NCBI GenBank assembly: GCA_047495785.1
Contig: JBLDXI010000012.1
Coordinates: forward strand, 310,001 to 374,000
DNA length: 64,000 nucleotides
Direction: 5' to 3'
Source: Lepidodermella squamata
Lineage: Eukaryota > Animalia > Gastrotricha
This document shows, piece after piece, positions 60,417-64,000 of this stretch. The position numbers and the translations under genes were made by a program. The notes under the pieces were generated by a model that saw nothing but the letters and a program-made list of their open reading frames with translations, made no database searches and was not told the origin of the DNA. Each line of letters starts with the position of its first letter. Position 1 is the first letter of the stretch.

Positions 60417-63250
60417 TCAGTTGCAATCGCCATGAACAACAATGCGGCCAGATTGCTTGCCGTAGTCATCAGTTCTAGGCGCCGAAATCACCATTTGTGT
60501 CTAAAAAAAGAAAAAATTCACAAAAATGATCATGTTTGCCAGAATATTTACCTTGCTCCCAGATCTGATAAAAACAGCGTTAGAGCCGAATTGTGATTTG
60601 CCGATGTCTAGGGCATAGTTGCTATCGGCCTGCTCTTCCAAGCAAGGTGTGATGTCACCACTGCATTTCCGAGCCAGATTAGGTGAAAGGAATGAATCGC
60701 CACCCTGGAAGACAAACAGACGGCCGAAAGATTTGCCCTTCCTCGACAGATCGTTTTGCCGCATGGGTGAACCGACCAAAAAGTCGTCGTAACCGTCACC
60801 ATTTGTGTCAACGAACTAAATTGCAAAAAATAGAAAATAAAAGTAAAAATGGCAGACAAAATTTACCTTTATAAATTGCCCGAACTTGGTGAAATGGCGA
60901 TCACCGACCACCTTATTAATCGCAGGAGCATCCGCAAGAGTTGGGTGGAAGTGAACAGTTCCAGACTGAATCATTTTAACACTGACAACCTTCTTGTGTT
61001 TGCCAATGTTCGTTTCGCCCGGCGCTGAAATAGCGACTACTGGTGCTGATTCACGTCCGTTAGGCCAGCCAAGAGCCAGAGAATGGCCGAAATTGGCGAA
61101 CTCTTCCTGTCCCTTAGCGAATAGACTGAGGCTGCGCGATGAATATTGATAGCAAAACACAGCTCCAGCCATTTGATTACTGAAAGAAGCCGAATATTGA
61201 TCAGGCCGAGCCGGAGCGCCGATTAGTAGATCGCATGTTGAAGGCATCGGCAGGGTGAGTGCGGAAAATCCGAACCAAGAATACGCCTGCTGGCCCTGGA
61301 TCACCGCATCCGGACCATTCGACTGGCCGAAGATTTTGCTGACCTTATCAGCAGTAGAGCGTTGCTTCGATCGATAAATAGCAACAAATCCGTTTTGCTT
61401 ATTGCTTTTCAAATTTTCAGAGGCGAATGGCGATCCAATTATCAGGTCATTCTTGCCATCGCGATCGACATCCCCAGCGACTAGCGTAGTACCCAGGTTG
61501 CAGTAGCGCTTATCGCAATCGATGGTTAAATCAGGAGTTTTGGTGTCAAAACGATTCGCACCGTTTTTGCCGTAGTAGACATAAACCTGACCCGAATACA
61601 TTTTATTAGTGATATCAGGAGCGTAGATCGGGGCTGAAATTGCTATATCGAGGAGGCCATCGGCGTTTAGATCAACTGCCTGAGCTGCGTAGCCGAATCT
61701 ACCCTCCCCTTCGTAGGGTGGCGAGAAAACGTAATCGGCTGATGTATCGAGGTTCAGATTCCCTGTCTGCGGTAAACCGTTTGCAGACCCAAGAACAACG
61801 AAAACGCGGCCTTCTTGGAATCGATTTTCCAAGCTGTAACCAGGTGCCCCGATAATCAGATCTTCAAACCCGTCACCGTTCACATCGGCAGATACCAAAG
61901 CCTCGCCAATAGATGTGTAAGCTTTGTTGACGTAGAAATCGACATGGCTAGCGCATTTGGCCGTAGCTCGAAGGTCGATGCGCTGCTCTTCTTCAAAGGC
62001 GGTTTCATCCTCATCAGCAGGATGGCTGGCTTCCAAGGAAAACCCGTTATCATCCTCTACGACCTCGACCTTCGACATGACACCCGTTCGTTCCCGCACA
62101 TCCTCAGCGCCCTTTCTACGCCCTTCATTGGCTTGAGCGATCAAAGTCGAGTAAATGTTGGAAAAGTGAGAGTGGTCCATGTTGCTACGCATTTTGTTGG
62201 AGGCTGATGGAGGGTTCACGTCAGGTTGCCCTTCGCAGCTCCAATATAGCGGATTTTCGGCACTTTTTTCAGTGTTTTTGCATCCCTGTCCATTGTTCTC
62301 CAGATACATCATTAGGGTGTGCCAGCGGCGGTGGGTCCAAGCAGCCATTTCGTTCATGCCTCCAGCAAAAAAGTCTGAAAGGCAAAAAATCATGATTCAG
62401 TAAAATATTCGGCAGTCACTTACCTCTGAATTGGTTTGATCCGAGAAACGGGCTCTCCTCCACGATTTTTTGGTAACGCAAGTGGAACACATTTCGCTCA
62501 AAGTCAGCACCAACTTGCATGAATAGAACCGCACATCGCTTGATCATTGTCTCATTAGCGGCGACGTTCATCTTCTTGTAGATATTCAACATGTCTTGAG
62601 ATGGAACGTACCACTTCAGAAGTTCGATCGTATGACCGGTTTTGTTTATGTGAATTTGCTTATCGCCTTTGAAGTAGTTCATCTCGTACAGGTTGACTAC
62701 GTCACCTCCGGGGTCAGCTACGTTATGAGCGTCGCCAAAGGAACCTTTGAAATTCAGCTTGCCCATGGTATCAATGAAACCTTGATCAATTCCCAAGCTG
62801 ATTGAAGCAATTTTATGATAATAAATTGGTTGAGCCGAAAATATACCTGTGCCAGATTGTATCAGCAGCGTCGTGGGCCATGATGCCTAGAAGGAAGACG
62901 AGCAGTTTCTCCCCAGCTTTGTCAATATCCTTATCGGCGTATTTATCGTTGAAATAATCCAAAGCATTCAGCATGAAGGGCATCCAGTGCGATGTTTCAG
63001 CCGTGTCTCCGAATTTCCCTTTGAAGCAGATGCCAGGGTAGAATGAGTCTGGGTAGACGGTTCCAGCTCGTAGGGCGTCGGCGTGTTTCAAGGCAATTTT
63101 TCGAATGTCGAGTCCGCGGAATGTTCGGCTGAAATTTTCTAGCGCACGTAGCGCGACCTCCATGTGGGTCATCATCCCGCAAGAATCAGCCGCTCGAAAC
63201 GCGGCCAATGCCACAATTGTGGCACTAACTAGCAAGTGAAAATACTTCAT
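60417..63250 (-). CDS. GPLD1: GPI-specific phospholipase D. Exons 63250-62847, 62797-62424, 62374-60867, 60815-60552, 60500-60417
   Basis: Signal peptide, then CG..TH.EVA.RAL, AG..YPDSFY, E.SHW, LLG..AH..AD..WH, followed by multiple FG-GAP repeats (DVNGDG..DLIIGAPGY). Confidence 0.93.
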
Positions 63251-63726
63251 TTTTTTGCAGGTTTGAGAACAAGAGCCAGTTTTTTGCTTTATTTATATAC
63301 ATGGGCGGGTCGAACTAGCGTGACCCCTGTCGTCACGACAGCCGGCGTGGCAACTTTTTATCACCAGACATTATAGCTATCAAGAGTGCAACTATCAGCT
63401 ATATGAGTTTCGAACGTCATAGCTCCGTGGGAATTTCGCCTGGTGCCTGATACATGGTTTCCGAGGCCGAGATTTACCTGCCTCAGAGCCGAATCAGGCC
63501 ACCATCATAATTTTGACTTACTGGTCTTATTTCCGACAACAACATGTTTTTTGTTTTGCTTTTCAAGGTAAATGACTTGTATCGAAATGACTGTCCTTTA
63601 TACCCAAATTCCAATATTTCACCGCCCAAATTTTCGAGGCCCGAAACCACGCTACAGTATAATGAGAGACTTGCGGAAATCACATAATTTATTTGCTCAA
63701 TCATAAAATCAAAAGTTTCATAAGTT

Positions 63727-64000
63727 TCAACAGCTATCATACAGCAACATTTTTCCGGATTGTTTGCCGTAGTCATCGCTTCGAGGAGCAGAAATTATTG
63801 TTTGACTCTGAAAAGGTTAATTAAATAAGGAATTTAATTATATTTTTATTTAATATGCATTACCTTGCCATTGGCAAAGTGAAGAAGAGCCGCATTTGTA
63901 CCGAATTGCTCCTTGTTGGAACCCAGCGAGTAGGCTCTATCGGCCTGATCACTAGGGCACGGGTTAAGATCGCCACCACATGGTCGCAGCAAAATATTCG
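63727..64000 (-). CDS. GPLD1: 3' end of a second GPLD1 paralog (exons >64000-63864 and 63807-63727), not in the ORF track
   Basis: PCGGDLNPCPSDQADRAYSLGSNKEQFGTNA..GK|SQTIISAPRSDDYGKQSGKMLLYDSC* aligns with CSGDITPCLEEQADSNYAL..SQFGSNA..SK|TQMVISAPRTDDYGKQSGRIVVHGDCN* of the neighbouring gene, with the same intron position. Confidence 0.88.

Overview
Gene-dense animal (invertebrate) genomic DNA with spliceosomal introns, many of them only 48-63 nt. The taxon cannot be fixed from the sequence alone. In order, the window holds: G-protein beta (-); an Ack-family tyrosine kinase (-); a tightly packed co-oriented block PLGRKT/TUBGCP5/bestrophin/M6PR (+); TBC1D24 (+); one H2A-H2B/H3-H4 histone quartet; a divergent glutaminase (-); PINCH/LIMS (-); SLC37A4 (-); two lysyl hydroxylase (PLOD) paralogs flanking a GAD/CSAD-like decarboxylase (+); thymidylate kinase (+); and two tandem GPLD1 genes (-, the second partial). 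Four non-autonomous DNA transposons with intact terminal inverted repeats (TIRs) and target-site duplications (TSDs) are visible (Tc1/mariner-, MULE-, hAT- and Sola-like), plus a nested insertion and a LINE relic. The two most striking unexplained signals are (1) a 39-nt block at the 3' end of all four histone genes, made of the canonical stem-loop plus a novel 20-nt element that is not purine-rich, with AATAAA further downstream, and (2) operon-like packing of unrelated genes, each with a splice acceptor just upstream of its ATG, which suggests polycistronic transcription with trans-splicing. Protein identities and reference residue numbers come from recalled motifs, not database searches.
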